64,000 nt of DNA from Bacteroidota bacterium (GCA_947469885.1 CANIQT010000004.1:111794-175793), one strand, 5' to 3'; positions 50,904-62,507 are shown, counted from the stretch's first letter. The notes: a model not told the origin generated them from the sequence alone. Numbers and translations: made by a program.

Positions 50904-53900
50904 ATGAAAAAAATTATCACAACGATAGTCATTGTTTTAATAATGATGCTATCGAATTTTAAAATGAATGCGCAAGCAGATAACTTACTTGTGCATGTAG
51001 GACCACCAGCTTTTTATTTAGGTTGGGGCGCAGCGCAACTGACACCTTTAGATATACGACATGATGGGTTAGCAGACATTAATTTTTACACAGGTGGTCC
51101 GCTTCCTCCTTTTCAACGAATGACAATTAAAGGTACTGGTTATGTTAACCCAGGCTTTGTAGGTATTGGTCAAGGTTTCTTAGCACCCTTATCCTTATTA
51201 CATGTTGATGGTACAAACAATTTAACAGGTGAAGTTTTCAGAACGGATTGCCCAATTGGTAGCGCAGCTGACCCAATAACAAGGTGGAGAATGTTTCGGA
51301 CAGGAACAGAGCGAGGTACATTATGGAATCCGTGGGCAGATGTAAACTTTCCAGGACCAAACTCATTATGGTTAAGATATACACCTAATGATTTTCTTTT
51401 GGATGCTCCTCAAGGTTCGTTTATTGTAAGGGGATGGACGAGGGATTTAAACGGAACAGATGGATTAAATGAAGTATTTAGAACTACCACTTTAGGTTCT
51501 ATGCTCGATTGGGATTTAACTCCTATGGGTGTAGACGGTTTGCAAATTACTACTCAGGATAAAAATACTTTTTTTGATGCTAATATTGATTTGTTTACAG
51601 GACCAGGCGGAGAAACTACTGTGAAGTTGGACAGAAACGGTACAATTACAGGAAGACAGAATGCTTTTTTCGTAATAGGTCAACGCTATGGTATAGTGAT
51701 GGATGCTAACATAACAGGTTCACCAAATCCAGGTGGTCCAATTTTGCATGAGCAGCATATTGTTTTTAAAATTAATAATTCTGAAGGAATGCGCGTGTGT
51801 CCTGGACCTCCAGATGTTAATGCCCAACATTTTGTACGAATAGGTGAAAACACATTTGACCCTATTTTAGGGCTCGCGGGTATGGGCGCTGAAGCAACAA
51901 GGCGTTAGGATGTGGTGGATGATGCAAAGGACCCTCAGTTTCGTATTGCTTTCACTGATAATTTTGCAGCACCAGGATCAGGATTATATACAGATTTTCA
52001 AACAACTTCCAATGGTGATTTGGCAATTTTTCCTACAGATGAGATAACCCCTAATCAACGGTTTGTTGGTATACAAACACCTAGTCCGAATAATACATTG
52101 GAAATATTTTCAACAGCGTTAAGTCCTTGGAGTGCGGACCCTAGTGGGACAAGTGGTTTAAGGCTAACACACATGCCGGCAAATGCTATTACACATGCTA
52201 ACCCAGGCAAAGGTGTACTTTCTGTAGATGCAAATGGGGATGTAATTTATGTGCCGGAGGGTGTAGCTCCTGCTGCTGCAAACTGAGGTACATCCTTAGA
52301 TGCAACTGGTACGATAGTGCAATTGGGGGATGACTGTGCTAATCCAGGAGCTGCCAAATTATTAAGTAACCGGGAAATTCCGATGATGGATTTCAATCTA
52401 ACACTTACTGGTCAGGACAACAATTCGGCAGGACTAGGCTCTATAGTTAATTCTTTAGGTATTGGTACAACCTGCCCTAATATGGTTGGAAGATTAACTG
52501 TTTATGAAAAGGACCCTGTAACGCTTACTGTACCGAACTCGCATGGAGTATATTCTCAAAATTATGATGTTTTAGGAGTTAACGGAGTGGACGAAACTGG
52601 TGTTACGGGAGAAGCCCGAGGTCTGCAAATAAATCCAAGACCTAAAAATTACGGTGGAAAGTTTTATGCAGAAGGGGCAACTGAGGATTTTGGTGTATAT
52701 GGTAAAGCTGATGGTACGGTTACAGGAACTTTAGGAGCTGGGTATGGTGGAGTTTTTGAAGCAGCAAATGGATTTGCAACATCAGTTGGGGTTGCCGGGA
52801 TATCGCAAAGTTCAGCTACAACAGGTGTTGGGGTGTCAGGTGCTTCATTCAATTCTGCCCAAACCAATACCGGGGTTTCTGCTGTTGCTGCTGGGACTAC
52901 TACCTTTACTAATAGAGGGTTAATTGCAAGGTCAGGTGGTTCTTCTGTGCTTAATTATGGTGGTGATTTTAACACAACAAATACTTCTACACTTTTTAAC
53001 TATGCGGTAATCGCAAAAGCTGATAATGCTTCCATAATAAATTGTGGGGTATCTGGGATTGCAAATGGACCTGCTACATCTATTAACTTTGGTATTTTCG
53101 GGCAGGCTACACCTGTTGGACCCAATAGTTATGCAGGGTTTTTTCAGGGAGATGTTTTTATTAACGGACCTACTTTTGCAACCACCATTGGATATATCTC
53201 AGACCAGCAATTTAAAATAGATGTTGACAGTATCACCAATTCGCTCTCAATAATAAAAAATTTAAAACCTAGGTCTTATTATATGGATACGGCTGGTGCT
53301 GGAAATACCTATGGCTTTAACTTTTCAAGCAAGCGACAACTTGGTTTTATTGCTCAAGATGTAGAACAAATATTACCAGAGCTAATAATACCTGGTCATA
53401 AGCCTGAAGTATATGATACATTGGGTAATATTGTAACCCCTTCTGTCGACTTCAAATCTTTGAATTATATTGGATTTATTTCTCTTTTAACTAAAGGCAT
53501 TCAGGAACAAAGCAAAACTATTGATAGCCTAAGAACTAATAATGCAAACATGCAAGACCAACTTAATCAATTATCACAAATGATAAATGATTGTTGTAGT
53601 GCCAATCGTTCCCATGGTTCAAACATTAATAATAATAATTCGAATTCTACAACTTCTACAAATGTAAAACTAACAGACTCGCAAGCAATAGTGCTTGATA
53701 ATGCAGTACCTAACCCTTTTGCGGAGCAGACTACCATCAATTATTTTTTGCCTGATGATGTGGGCAAAGCGCAAATGTTGTTTTATAATGCGGGTGGTAA
53801 GTTAATACAGTCGGTTGAATTAACACAGAGAGGACAAGGGCAGTTGAATGTGTTTGCACAGGATTTAACTAATGGTTTGTACACCTATACGTTGGTGGTG

Positions 53901-53942
53901 GATGGAAAAATATTTGAAACAAAAAAGATGGTGAAGCAATAA
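50904..53942 (+). pseudogene. Tail-fibre-like protein with S74 chaperone domain and T9SS CTD, interrupted by in-frame TAG (51906) and TGA (52284)
   Basis: The three track ORFs share one frame and are contiguous across the stops. Signal peptide only in the first; SDQQFK S74 motif and PNPF...GLYTYTL CTD only in the last. Confidence 0.75.
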
Positions 53943-54044
53943 CACACCCCCCAACCCCCCTCTTGAGAGGGGAATTACTAACGCAAAAAAATCCAGCCCT
54001 TCTGTTTGAACAGCGGGATTTTTGTAAACTGTAAAGTGAAATAG

Positions 54045-54443
54045 TTATCTCCTTACTTTATGACCTTTGTGGTTAAAATAAGGGTCGTGAGACGAATGTT
54101 TGACATGTGCATGACGCTTAGCTCTTTCTTCATCAGCTGCAATTTTGCGTTTTTTAGCCAAACTGGTGCTAAACCAAGCAATGGCAATAACCAAAGCAAA
54201 CCCAACTGCCATATAGATGTAGGACCTGATTTCTTCAGGTGTCATTTTCGATTGCTCTTCTTTAATAGCATTCGCATTTTTGTTCACGTTTCCAAGACTC
54301 GGTCCGTCCTGAGCCATTGCATTGTAGGCAAATAGCATCATTGACGAAAAAAGTAAAGCACAAGTCCTTAATACTCTGTTCCGTCCATTTTCAAATTTGG
54401 TTCTGGCTGAAGTTTTCATATTATTCAATTTATTATATTTCAT
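54045..54443 (-). CDS. Hypothetical membrane protein with basic His-rich C-terminus
   Basis: Signal-like segment plus one TM; minus-strand TACCTTTG at 54476-54483 places the start at 54443 or 54419. Confidence 0.65.
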   Translation of the reverse strand: MKYNKLNNMKTSARTKFENGRNRVLRTCALLFSSMMLFAYNAMAQDGPSLGNVNKNANAIKEEQSKMTPEEIRSYIYMAVGFALVIAIAWFSTSLAKKRKIAADEERAKRHAHVKHSSHDPYFNHKGHKVRR

Positions 54444-54579
54444 ATTTCTAGAGATGGTTTTCAACAATATGGCGACAAAGGTAGAAAAAAAAGTCATTAA
54501 CCAACCACTCTCACCTCTATAGACGCAAATTACTTATAAAAGGTTGCATGTTGATAAAAATATATTTTGGGCAGATAAA

Positions 54580-54611
54580 TTTGCATAATACAGGAACTTA
54601 GCTTACTTTTG
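54580..54611 (+). promoter_or_regulatory. Consensus Bacteroidota promoter of the rimP operon
   Basis: TTTG (54580) + 20 nt + TACTTTTG (54604). Confidence 0.8.
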
Positions 54612-54635
54612 TACCCGTAAAACAGAAAGAGAGTA

Positions 54636-54666
54636 AAAGAGGGGACACGAGTCCCCTCTTTCTTTT
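54636..54666 (+). promoter_or_regulatory. rimP leader terminator-like hairpin
   Basis: AAAGAGGGGAC-ACGA-GTCCCCTCTTT-CTTTT between the promoter and rimP. Confidence 0.75.
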
Positions 54667-54680
54667 ACCTTGAGAATGAT

Positions 54681-55145
54681 ATGATTACGGTTGAAAAAAT
54701 ACAATTATTAACAGCAGCAAAATTAGCCGAAGGCACCGATTTTATTGTTGATATAAGTGTAAAACAAGGCAATAAGATTACCATTTTGCTCGACAACGAC
54801 AAAGGAATTTCGATAGCCAACTGCATAGCCATGAGTAGGTATGTAGAAAGTAATTTGGACAGGGAGGTAGAAGATTTTGAACTAAATGTGATGTCTCCGG
54901 GACTTACTGAACCGTTCAAAATTGCTCGTCAGTATCAAAAAAACATGGGCAGACAAGTGGATGTGGTAACCAAAGAAGGCAAAAAATGGTCGGGTAAGCT
55001 TATAAAGGCAGATGATGAAGGAATTGAGTTGGAAACCAGAACCAAAGAAAAAACAGAAAAAAACAAAGAAAAACACTTAGTAATCAGTAATATCAATTTA
55101 CAATTTAATCAAATAAAAGAAACAAAACTAGTACTATCATTTTAA
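54681..55145 (+). CDS. rimP: Ribosome maturation factor RimP
   Basis: DNDKGISI..C..MSR, FELNVMSPG, RQYQKNMGR; upstream of nusA. Confidence 0.93.
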   Translation: MITVEKIQLLTAAKLAEGTDFIVDISVKQGNKITILLDNDKGISIANCIAMSRYVESNLDREVEDFELNVMSPGLTEPFKIARQYQKNMGRQVDVVTKEGKKWSGKLIKADDEGIELETRTKEKTEKNKEKHLVISNINLQFNQIKETKLVLSF

Positions 55146-55157
55146 ACAGAAAAGAAA

Positions 55158-56408
55158 ATGGAAACCATTAATTTAATTGAATCGTTCTCAGAATTTAAAG
55201 AAGTTAAGAACATTGACCGTCCAACACTTATGAGCATCATTGTTGATGTTTTTAAAAGTATGTTGTTAAAAAAATATGGCTCGGACGATAATTTCGACAT
55301 TATTGTAAACCCTGACCGTGGTGATATTGAAATTTATCACAACCGCACCATTGTGGATGACGAATTTGCTGAAGATAGTTTCGATTTCGACCCGGCTAAA
55401 CACATTGGCTTGTCGGACGCTCACAAAATTGAACCTGATTTTGAATTAGGTGAGGATATTACTACTCCCGTTAAGTTGGACGATTTTGGAAGACGTGCGG
55501 TGTTGGCTGTTCGTCAAAACTTGGTTTCCAAGGTAATTGAATTAGAAAAAGATAGTTTGTATAAAAAATACAAAGAAAAAGTAGGCGAAATTATGGTTGG
55601 AGAAGTATATCAAATATGGAAAAAGGAGTTGTTGATACTTGATGACGAAGGAAATGAGTTGATGTTGCCAAAAACAGAACAAATACCAACCGATTTTTTC
55701 AAAAAGGGAGATACCATTAAAGCGGTGGTTCAACGGGTGGAGATGAAAAACAATAGTCCAATTATCGTATTGTCGCGTACTTCTGCCATTTTCCTTGAGC
55801 GTTTGTTCGAATTGGAGGTTCCCGAAGTGTTTGATGGATTAATTACCATCAAAAAAATTGTTCGCGAACCGGGCGAAAGAGCTAAAGTGGCGGTGGAATC
55901 GTATGACGACCGTATTGACCCAGTTGGGGCTTGTGTGGGAATGAAAGGTTCTCGTATTCACGGTATTGTTCGCGAATTGAGAAATGAGAACATTGATGTG
56001 ATTAACTATACCAGCAATCCTTCTTTATTTATTACCCGTGCGTTGAGTCCTGCAAAAATAACTTCGGTTAAAATTGACGAGGAAACAAAACATGCAGAGG
56101 TGTTCTTAAAGCCTGACCAGGTTTCGTTAGCAATTGGTAAAGGAGGGCATAACATTAAACTTGCCGGAAAATTAACAGGATACGAAATTGATGTGTATCG
56201 CGATACGGATATTGACACAGAAGATGTGGATTTAGAAGAATTTGCAGATGAAATAGAAAGCTGGATTTTGGATTCGTTGAAAAACATTGGTTGCGATACA
56301 GCAAAAAGTGTATTGGAATTATCGAACGAAGAATTGGTGAAACGTACTGATTTAGAAGAAGAAACAGTTAACGAAGTAAAACAAATATTACAATCAGAAT
56401 TTGAATAA
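55158..56408 (+). CDS. nusA: Transcription factor NusA
   Basis: FGRRA, LEVPEV, REPGERAKVAV, DPVGACVGMKGSRI, AIGKGGHN. Confidence 0.97.
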   Translation: METINLIESFSEFKEVKNIDRPTLMSIIVDVFKSMLLKKYGSDDNFDIIVNPDRGDIEIYHNRTIVDDEFAEDSFDFDPAKHIGLSDAHKIEPDFELGEDITTPVKLDDFGRRAVLAVRQNLVSKVIELEKDSLYKKYKEKVGEIMVGEVYQIWKKELLILDDEGNELMLPKTEQIPTDFFKKGDTIKAVVQRVEMKNNSPIIVLSRTSAIFLERLFELEVPEVFDGLITIKKIVREPGERAKVAVESYDDRIDPVGACVGMKGSRIHGIVRELRNENIDVINYTSNPSLFITRALSPAKITSVKIDEETKHAEVFLKPDQVSLAIGKGGHNIKLAGKLTGYEIDVYRDTDIDTEDVDLEEFADEIESWILDSLKNIGCDTAKSVLELSNEELVKRTDLEEETVNEVKQILQSEFE

Positions 56409-56499
56409 ATAGCGGATAGCGAATAGCGAATAGCGAATAGTGGATAGGAATTGCCTATTGCCTTTTGCCTATTACCTATTGCCTATTAACTATTAACTA
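56408..56499. repeat. Inverted heptamer-repeat tract
   Basis: (AATAGCG)n followed by (TTGCCTA)n. Confidence 0.8.
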
Positions 56500-56509
56500 A
56501 TAAAAATAT

Positions 56510-59488
56510 ATGTCGGAAGTCACTGAACAACGATTAAGTAAATTAGCTAAGGAGTACAGCATTGGAGTACACACCATTACCGAATACCTGAAAGGGAAGG
56601 GTCATGACGTGGGTAATAATCCGAATGCCAAAATTTCGGGCGAACTGGTTGCATTGGTGGCTAAAGAATTTCAATCCGAAAAAGCAAAAGGAGAAGAGGC
56701 TGCCAAAGTAACTGCGGGCTCGCAGGCGTTGAAAAAAGAAAGTATTACACTGGCTGAGGATGCCAAACGCCCTGAGCCAAGAAAACAGGAAGAGAAGGAA
56801 GAACTCATCATTAAAAACGTTCCTACCCCTACTGCTGCTGAAAAGGAAAAGACCAATGAAAAAACTAAAAAGGTAGTTGAACCGCCCAAACCTGAACCGG
56901 AGGTAATTAAAGCGGAAGCTAAGTCGGATGTAAAGTTTAAAGTAATTGATAAAATTGATTTAGACAATATCAATTCGAAAACCCGACCGGATAAGAAATC
57001 GAAGAAAGAGCTACAGGAACAGCGGGACGATAAAACACCTCCTAAAAAAGGAAGTAAAGCGGCAAAAGAAAAAGAAGCAAAAGAGGCTGCTGAAGAAAAA
57101 GTAGCAAAAACTGCTAAGGGCAAAGCCAAAAAAGAAGCGGACGAGAAAGAAGAGAAGGAAAAAGAAACCAAGAGCAAAAAAAGCAAAACAGCAGAGCCGG
57201 AAAAACCAGTTGTTGCGGCAGCTCCCGAACCTCCAGTTATTGAACATCATCAAACCAAAATTGAAAAACTGGAAGGCCTCAAAATTATGGGGAAGATAGA
57301 TTTGCCAACAAAAGAGCAGTCTAAAAAGCCGGTAGCATCTTCTCACGGGGCTAACAACGATAAGAAAAAGCGCAAACGAATTAAGAAAAATTTTGGAGGA
57401 GGAACTATTGGCGATAACTGGGATCCAAAAAACAAACCTGCTGAGGGTGCACCAAAACCAGGAGTTGCAGGAACATCCAAACCGAGCGAAACGAAACCCG
57501 GAGCACCTAACACGGGTCCGAGAAAACAATACAACAATCCTCAACCGCCAAGAGGTAAATTTGTTCCAAGAGCTCCTAAAGTGGAGCTTACTCCTGATCA
57601 AATTCAACAACAGGTAAAGGAAACGCTTGCTCGCCTTAGTGGTGCTGGTAAGTCAAAAGCATCGAAACATCGTAAATCAAAAAGAGAAACAGTAAGCGAG
57701 CGGATACAGGAAGCAGCGGATTTACAGGAATCAGAAAAAAAGATAATTAAAGTAACAGAGTTTGTGTCGGCTAATCAGTTGGCTCAAATGATGAGTGTGC
57801 CGGTGAACGAAATTATTTCTACCTGCATGAGTTTGGGAATGTTTGTTTCCATTAATCAGCGATTGGATGCCGAAACACTTTCTATTGTTGCTGAGGAATT
57901 TGGTTATACCTTGGAGTTTGTGAGTGTGGAGGTGCAAGAAGCGATTAAGGAAGAAGAAGACAAACCGGAGGATATGATTGACCGCTCACCTATTGTAACG
58001 GTGATGGGGCACGTTGACCATGGTAAAACATCTTTGTTGGATTATATCCGGAAAGCCAATGTTATTGCGGGAGAAGCAGGTGGTATTACTCAGCACATTG
58101 GTGCTTATAATGTAAAACTTGAAAATGGCAAAACCATTACTTTCCTTGATACTCCTGGTCACGAAGCGTTTACCGCTATGCGTGCCCGTGGTGCTCAGGT
58201 AACTGATATTGCTATCATTGTGGTGGCGGCTGACGACAGTGTGATGCCTCAAACAGTGGAAGCTATCAATCACGCTCAAGCTGCTGGTGTGCCTATTGTT
58301 ATTGCTATCAATAAAATTGATAAACCAGGTGCAAACCCAGATAACATCCGTCAGGCATTATCGCAAATGAATATTTTGGTGGAAGAATGGGGAGGTAAAT
58401 TTCAGTGTCAGGAAATATCGGCTAAGAAAGGACAAGGGGTGGAAGATTTGCTGGATAAAGTATTGCTGGAAGCAGAAATGCTGGCATTGAAAGCCAATCC
58501 GAAGAAAAATGCAAAAGGAACGGTGATTGAATCGGAGTTGGACAAAGGGCGAGGATATGTAAGTACTATTTTGGTGGAAGCAGGAACACTGCATGTGGGC
58601 GATATTGTGTTGGCAGGCTGTTTTAGTGGTAAAGTAAAAGCCATGCACAACGAGCGGGGCTCGAATGTGAAAGAAGCTGGTCCTTCCATGCCTGTGGAAT
58701 TGCTTGGTTTAAGTGGTGCTCCTCAGGCAGGCGATAGATTTCATGTGATGGATGATGAGCGCGAAGCACGCGAAATAGCTGCTAAACGTTTGCAATTGCA
58801 GCGCGAACAAGGTATTCGTACGCATAAACACATTACCTTGGACGAGATTGGAAGACGATTGGCTATAGGCGATTTCAAAGAATTAAATGTGATTGTAAAA
58901 GGGGATGTGGATGGCTCAGTAGAGGCATTATCGGACTCGTTACAAAAACTTTCGACTGAAAAAGTACAAGTAAAAATTATTCATAAATCGGTTGGAGCTA
59001 TCTCTGAATCGGATGTGTTGCTTGCTTCGGCATCGAACGCTATCATAATTGGTTTCCAGGTTCGCCCTTCGGCAACTGCACGTAAAATAGCTGAAACCGA
59101 ACAAATTGATATTCGTTTGTATTCCATTATTTACGATGCCATAAACGAAATTAAAGCAGCTATGGAAGGTATGTTGGCAGCTGAATTTGTAGAAAAAATT
59201 GTTTGCAACATCGAAATACGTGAGGTGTTTACCATCACCAAAGTGGGTACCATTGCAGGTTGTATGGTGTTGGACGGAAAAGTGACCCGGAATACCAAAA
59301 TACGTGTTATTCGCGATGGCATTGTGGTTCACAGTGGTGAGTTGGGTTCGTTGAAACGTTTTAAAGACGATGTGAAAGAAGTAGCAAAAGGTTTTGAATG
59401 CGGATTGAACATCAATGGCTTTAACGACATTAAACAAGGCGATATTATAGAAGGCTACGAAATGGTGGAGGTGAAAGCGAAACTTTAA
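56510..59488 (+). CDS. infB: Translation initiation factor IF-2
   Basis: [32 protein letters not shown]. Confidence 0.98.
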   Translation: MSEVTEQRLSKLAKEYSIGVHTITEYLKGKGHDVGNNPNAKISGELVALVAKEFQSEKAKGEEAAKVTAGSQALKKESITLAEDAKRPEPRKQEEKEELIIKNVPTPTAAEKEKTNEKTKKVVEPPKPEPEVIKAEAKSDVKFKVIDKIDLDNINSKTRPDKKSKKELQEQRDDKTPPKKGSKAAKEKEAKEAAEEKVAKTAKGKAKKEADEKEEKEKETKSKKSKTAEPEKPVVAAAPEPPVIEHHQTKIEKLEGLKIMGKIDLPTKEQSKKPVASSHGANNDKKKRKRIKKNFGGGTIGDNWDPKNKPAEGAPKPGVAGTSKPSETKPGAPNTGPRKQYNNPQPPRGKFVPRAPKVELTPDQIQQQVKETLARLSGAGKSKASKHRKSKRETVSERIQEAADLQESEKKIIKVTEFVSANQLAQMMSVPVNEIISTCMSLGMFVSINQRLDAETLSIVAEEFGYTLEFVSVEVQEAIKEEEDKPEDMIDRSPIVTVMGHVDHGKTSLLDYIRKANVIAGEAGGITQHIGAYNVKLENGKTITFLDTPGHEAFTAMRARGAQVTDIAIIVVAADDSVMPQTVEAINHAQAAGVPIVIAINKIDKPGANPDNIRQALSQMNILVEEWGGKFQCQEISAKKGQGVEDLLDKVLLEAEMLALKANPKKNAKGTVIESELDKGRGYVSTILVEAGTLHVGDIVLAGCFSGKVKAMHNERGSNVKEAGPSMPVELLGLSGAPQAGDRFHVMDDEREAREIAAKRLQLQREQGIRTHKHITLDEIGRRLAIGDFKELNVIVKGDVDGSVEALSDSLQKLSTEKVQVKIIHKSVGAISESDVLLASASNAIIIGFQVRPSATARKIAETEQIDIRLYSIIYDAINEIKAAMEGMLAAEFVEKIVCNIEIREVFTITKVGTIAGCMVLDGKVTRNTKIRVIRDGIVVHSGELGSLKRFKDDVKEVAKGFECGLNINGFNDIKQGDIIEGYEMVEVKAKL

Positions 59489-59695
59489 ATTAGTTCAAAG
59501 TTTAAAAGTCCAAAGCTAGCTGAGTTAATGTTTGCATGACATTCTCCAGAAATAGAAATCATTGGTTGAGGTGCTTTTTTCTTCAAAATCTCGAAATATC
59601 TCTCAAATCTCATCTAAAAATTAAATTTTTCTTTAAATTTTGCTGTAAAGCTTATTTTTTTACCTTTGCGGTCTTTTCTTAAAAACTTAGATAAA

Positions 59696-60232
59696 ATGCA
59701 AACCCGAAAAGAATACATTATTCAGTTTGTAGCGTTACCTTTTGGAGAGCATCAATTTGAGTTTTTGGTAAAAGACAAGTTCTTTGAACCCCTTGATTAT
59801 TCAGAAATTAAACAAGGCAATATTACCATAAACCTCAATTTACTTAAGCAATCATCCATGATGGTGCTTCAGTTTGAGATTTCAGGAACTGTTAAAATGA
59901 TTTGCGACATCTGCGCTACAGAGTTTGATATGCCCATAGAAGGCAATTATAAGTTGATAGTAAAGGTAGGAGGCTTGGACGATGGCAAGGAAGATGATGA
60001 CATTATCACCATTGCTGCCAACGAACACCAACTGGACTTGTCGCAATATTTATATGAATACATTACCTTGTCGCTGCCTATCAAACGGACACACCCGGTT
60101 GATACAAACGGAAAACCAACTTGTGACAAAGAAATGCTAAAGAAAGTAAAGAAATTTTTGACCAAAGAAGAAAAAAAAGAACAAACCACCGACCCAAGAT
60201 GGGAAGGATTGAAAAATATAAAATTGAATTAA
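59696..60232 (+). CDS. yceD: YceD/DUF177 family protein
   Basis: CDIC, LSLP, DPRWEGLK; promoter TTTG-18nt-TACCTTTG at 59639-59668. Confidence 0.88.
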   Translation: MQTRKEYIIQFVALPFGEHQFEFLVKDKFFEPLDYSEIKQGNITINLNLLKQSSMMVLQFEISGTVKMICDICATEFDMPIEGNYKLIVKVGGLDDGKEDDDIITIAANEHQLDLSQYLYEYITLSLPIKRTHPVDTNGKPTCDKEMLKKVKKFLTKEEKKEQTTDPRWEGLKNIKLN

Positions 60233-60289
60233 AGAGTATTAAGTATCAAGACGAAACAATAAACAATAATAAATAAACAATAAGAAATC

Positions 60290-60472
60290 ATGCCACATCC
60301 AAAGCGAAAATTATCAAGATCAAGAAGAGATAGCCGAAGAGGACAGGACAAAGCGGTAGCATCTACCATGTCCACCTGCTCTAATTGCGGAGCTCCAACT
60401 TTATACCACCGTGTATGCGGTGAATGCGGTTACTACAGAGGTAAACTTGCAATAGAGAAAAAAACTGCTTAA
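60290..60472 (+). CDS. rpmF: 50S ribosomal protein L32 (zinc-ribbon form)
   Basis: PKRKLSRSRRDSRR, CSNC...HRVCGECGYY. Confidence 0.97.
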   Translation: MPHPKRKLSRSRRDSRRGQDKAVASTMSTCSNCGAPTLYHRVCGECGYYRGKLAIEKKTA

Positions 60473-60482
60473 TAGCATTATA

Positions 60483-60557
60483 AAATTCAGATTTCAAATT
60501 TCAGATTTCAGCAATATGAAATCTGAAATTTGAAATTCATAATTATTCGTAATTCGT
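60483..60557. repeat. Inverted heptamer-repeat hairpin
   Basis: (ATTTCAG/ATTTCAA)n / (TGAAATC/TGAAATT)n. Confidence 0.75.
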
Positions 60558-60563
60558 AGGAAT

Positions 60564-61502
60564 ATGAAGATAGGTATAGATATTATGGGCGGTGATTTTG
60601 CACCCGAAGCTACCATTTCAGGAGCGGTGCAAGCTTATGGTGAATTACCCAAAGAAATAAAAATTGTTTTAATAGGCGATAAAAAACAAATTTTAGCAGG
60701 ACTTGCCACTCACAATGCAGATGCCAATGATTTCGAAATTGTAGACGCACCCGAAGTAATAGGCATGGGCGAACACCCTACCAAAGCTTTCTCACAAAAA
60801 CCCAACTCCAGTATTGCAGTTGGGTTTCATCTTTTAAAAGAGGGAAAGATCGATGCTTTTGCAAGCAATGGAAACACCGGTGCCATGCTTATTGGCTGCA
60901 TGTTTACCATCAAAACTATTTCAGGAATCATTCGTCCGTGTATCACCACCATCCTTCCAAAAGAAAACGGAGGAGTGGGAATTATTTTGGATGTTGGTAT
61001 CAATGCTGATTGCAAACCTGATGTATTATATCAATTTGGAGTGTTAGGTTCTATTCTTGCTCAAAATGTATATGGAATAAATAATCCGAAAGTAGGTTTG
61101 TTAAACATAGGTGAAGAGCCCGAAAAAGGAAATCTGGTTGCTCAGGCTGCACATGCGTTGATGAAGGATTCAAAAGATTTTAATTTTATTGGTAATATCG
61201 AAGGTCGTGATGTGTTTAACGATAAAGCGGATGTAATAGTTTGTGATGGATTTACTGGTAATGTGGCCTTAAAACAGCAAGAAGCTTTTTACGAATTGAT
61301 AAAAAGACGTGGCATAAAAGATGAATATTTTGAGCGGTTCAATTACGAAATATATGGCGGTACACCCGTTCTTGGCATCAATTCTACAGTTATGATAGGT
61401 CACGGAATATCAAACGACTTTGCTGTAAAAAATATGATAGTGCTTACCAAAGATGTAGTGGAAGCCAAATTGGGTGAAAAAATAAAAAACGTACTTCAAT
61501 AA
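60564..61502 (+). CDS. plsX: Phosphate acyltransferase
   Basis: DIMGGDFAP, GNTGA, LLNIGEE, DGFTGNV. Confidence 0.96.
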   Translation: MKIGIDIMGGDFAPEATISGAVQAYGELPKEIKIVLIGDKKQILAGLATHNADANDFEIVDAPEVIGMGEHPTKAFSQKPNSSIAVGFHLLKEGKIDAFASNGNTGAMLIGCMFTIKTISGIIRPCITTILPKENGGVGIILDVGINADCKPDVLYQFGVLGSILAQNVYGINNPKVGLLNIGEEPEKGNLVAQAAHALMKDSKDFNFIGNIEGRDVFNDKADVIVCDGFTGNVALKQQEAFYELIKRRGIKDEYFERFNYEIYGGTPVLGINSTVMIGHGISNDFAVKNMIVLTKDVVEAKLGEKIKNVLQ

Positions 61503-61508
61503 TTATCT

Positions 61509-62507
61509 ATGAAAACTACCGCTGCTATTACCGCTGTTGCGGGTTATGTGCCTGAATATATTCTTTCTAATTCTGAATTGGAAAAGTTGGTTCCTACTAC
61601 TTCGGAGTGGATTGAAACTAGAACAGGAATTAAAGAAAGAAGAATATTGAAAGGTGAAGGGCTTGGTACTTCTGATATGTGTGTAGAAGCAATTAATTTA
61701 CTTTTGAAAAAAAGAGGAATAGCTGCAACTGAAATAGATATGATAATTGTGGGAACTGTTACTCCCGATTTTGTGTTTCCTTCTACTTCCAATGTTATTT
61801 GCGACAAAGTGGGAGCTACCAACGCTTGGGGTTACGACCTTTCGGCAGCTTGTTCTGGTTTTGTTTTTGGCTTGGTTACAGGTTCTCAATTTATCGAAAC
61901 TGGAAAATATAAAAAAGTAATAGTAGTAGGAGCTGATAAAATGTCAGCCATACTTGATTATACCGACCGGTCCACTTGTATTATTTTTGGAGATGGAGCG
62001 GCAGCAGTGTTATTGGAACCCAATACAGAAGGTCTAGGGGTTATTGATTCCATTTTAGGGGTTGATGGTTCGGGCAGAAAATATTTGCATCAAAAAGCTG
62101 GAGGTTCAGTAAAACCTCCAACTCATGATACTGTTGACGCAAAGGAACACTTTGTTTTTCAGGACGGACAGCCTGTTTTTAAACGAGCAGTAGTTGGTAT
62201 GGCAGATGTATCAGCAGAAATAATGAAGAACAATAATTTAACTTCACAGGACGTTCAATGGTTAGTGCCTCACCAAGCAAACAAACGAATTATTGATGTA
62301 ACAGCAGAGCGCATGGGTTTGCCTTCCGAAAAAGTAATGTTGAATATTCAGCGTTATGGAAATACAACTGCAGGAACCATTCCTCTTTGTTTGTGGGATT
62401 ATGAAAGTCAATTAAAAAAAGGAGACAACTTAATTATTTCTACATTTGGAGCAGGATTTACCTGGGGAGCTGTATATGTGAAATGGGCGTATGACACCAA
62501 CGAATAA
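61509..62507 (+). CDS. fabH: 3-oxoacyl-ACP synthase III
   Basis: WIETRTGI, AACSGF, FGDGA, PHQAN, GNT, FGAGFTWG. Confidence 0.97.
   Translation: MKTTAAITAVAGYVPEYILSNSELEKLVPTTSEWIETRTGIKERRILKGEGLGTSDMCVEAINLLLKKRGIAATEIDMIIVGTVTPDFVFPSTSNVICDKVGATNAWGYDLSAACSGFVFGLVTGSQFIETGKYKKVIVVGADKMSAILDYTDRSTCIIFGDGAAAVLLEPNTEGLGVIDSILGVDGSGRKYLHQKAGGSVKPPTHDTVDAKEHFVFQDGQPVFKRAVVGMADVSAEIMKNNNLTSQDVQWLVPHQANKRIIDVTAERMGLPSEKVMLNIQRYGNTTAGTIPLCLWDYESQLKKGDNLIISTFGAGFTWGAVYVKWAYDTNE

Noticed and set aside
50904-53942. Genome-wide stop-codon reassignment
   Set aside because: TAG ends many conserved genes here (gatA, rbfA, accB) and TGA ends the response regulator.
49861-53942. Prophage remnant or diversity-generating retroelement
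   Set aside because: No capsid, terminase, integrase or reverse transcriptase, and no template/variable repeat pair seen; the genes carry host secretion signals.
56671-57610. Long antisense Phe/Ser-rich ORFs within infB
   Set aside because: Shadows of the Lys/Glu-rich IF-2 N-terminus.
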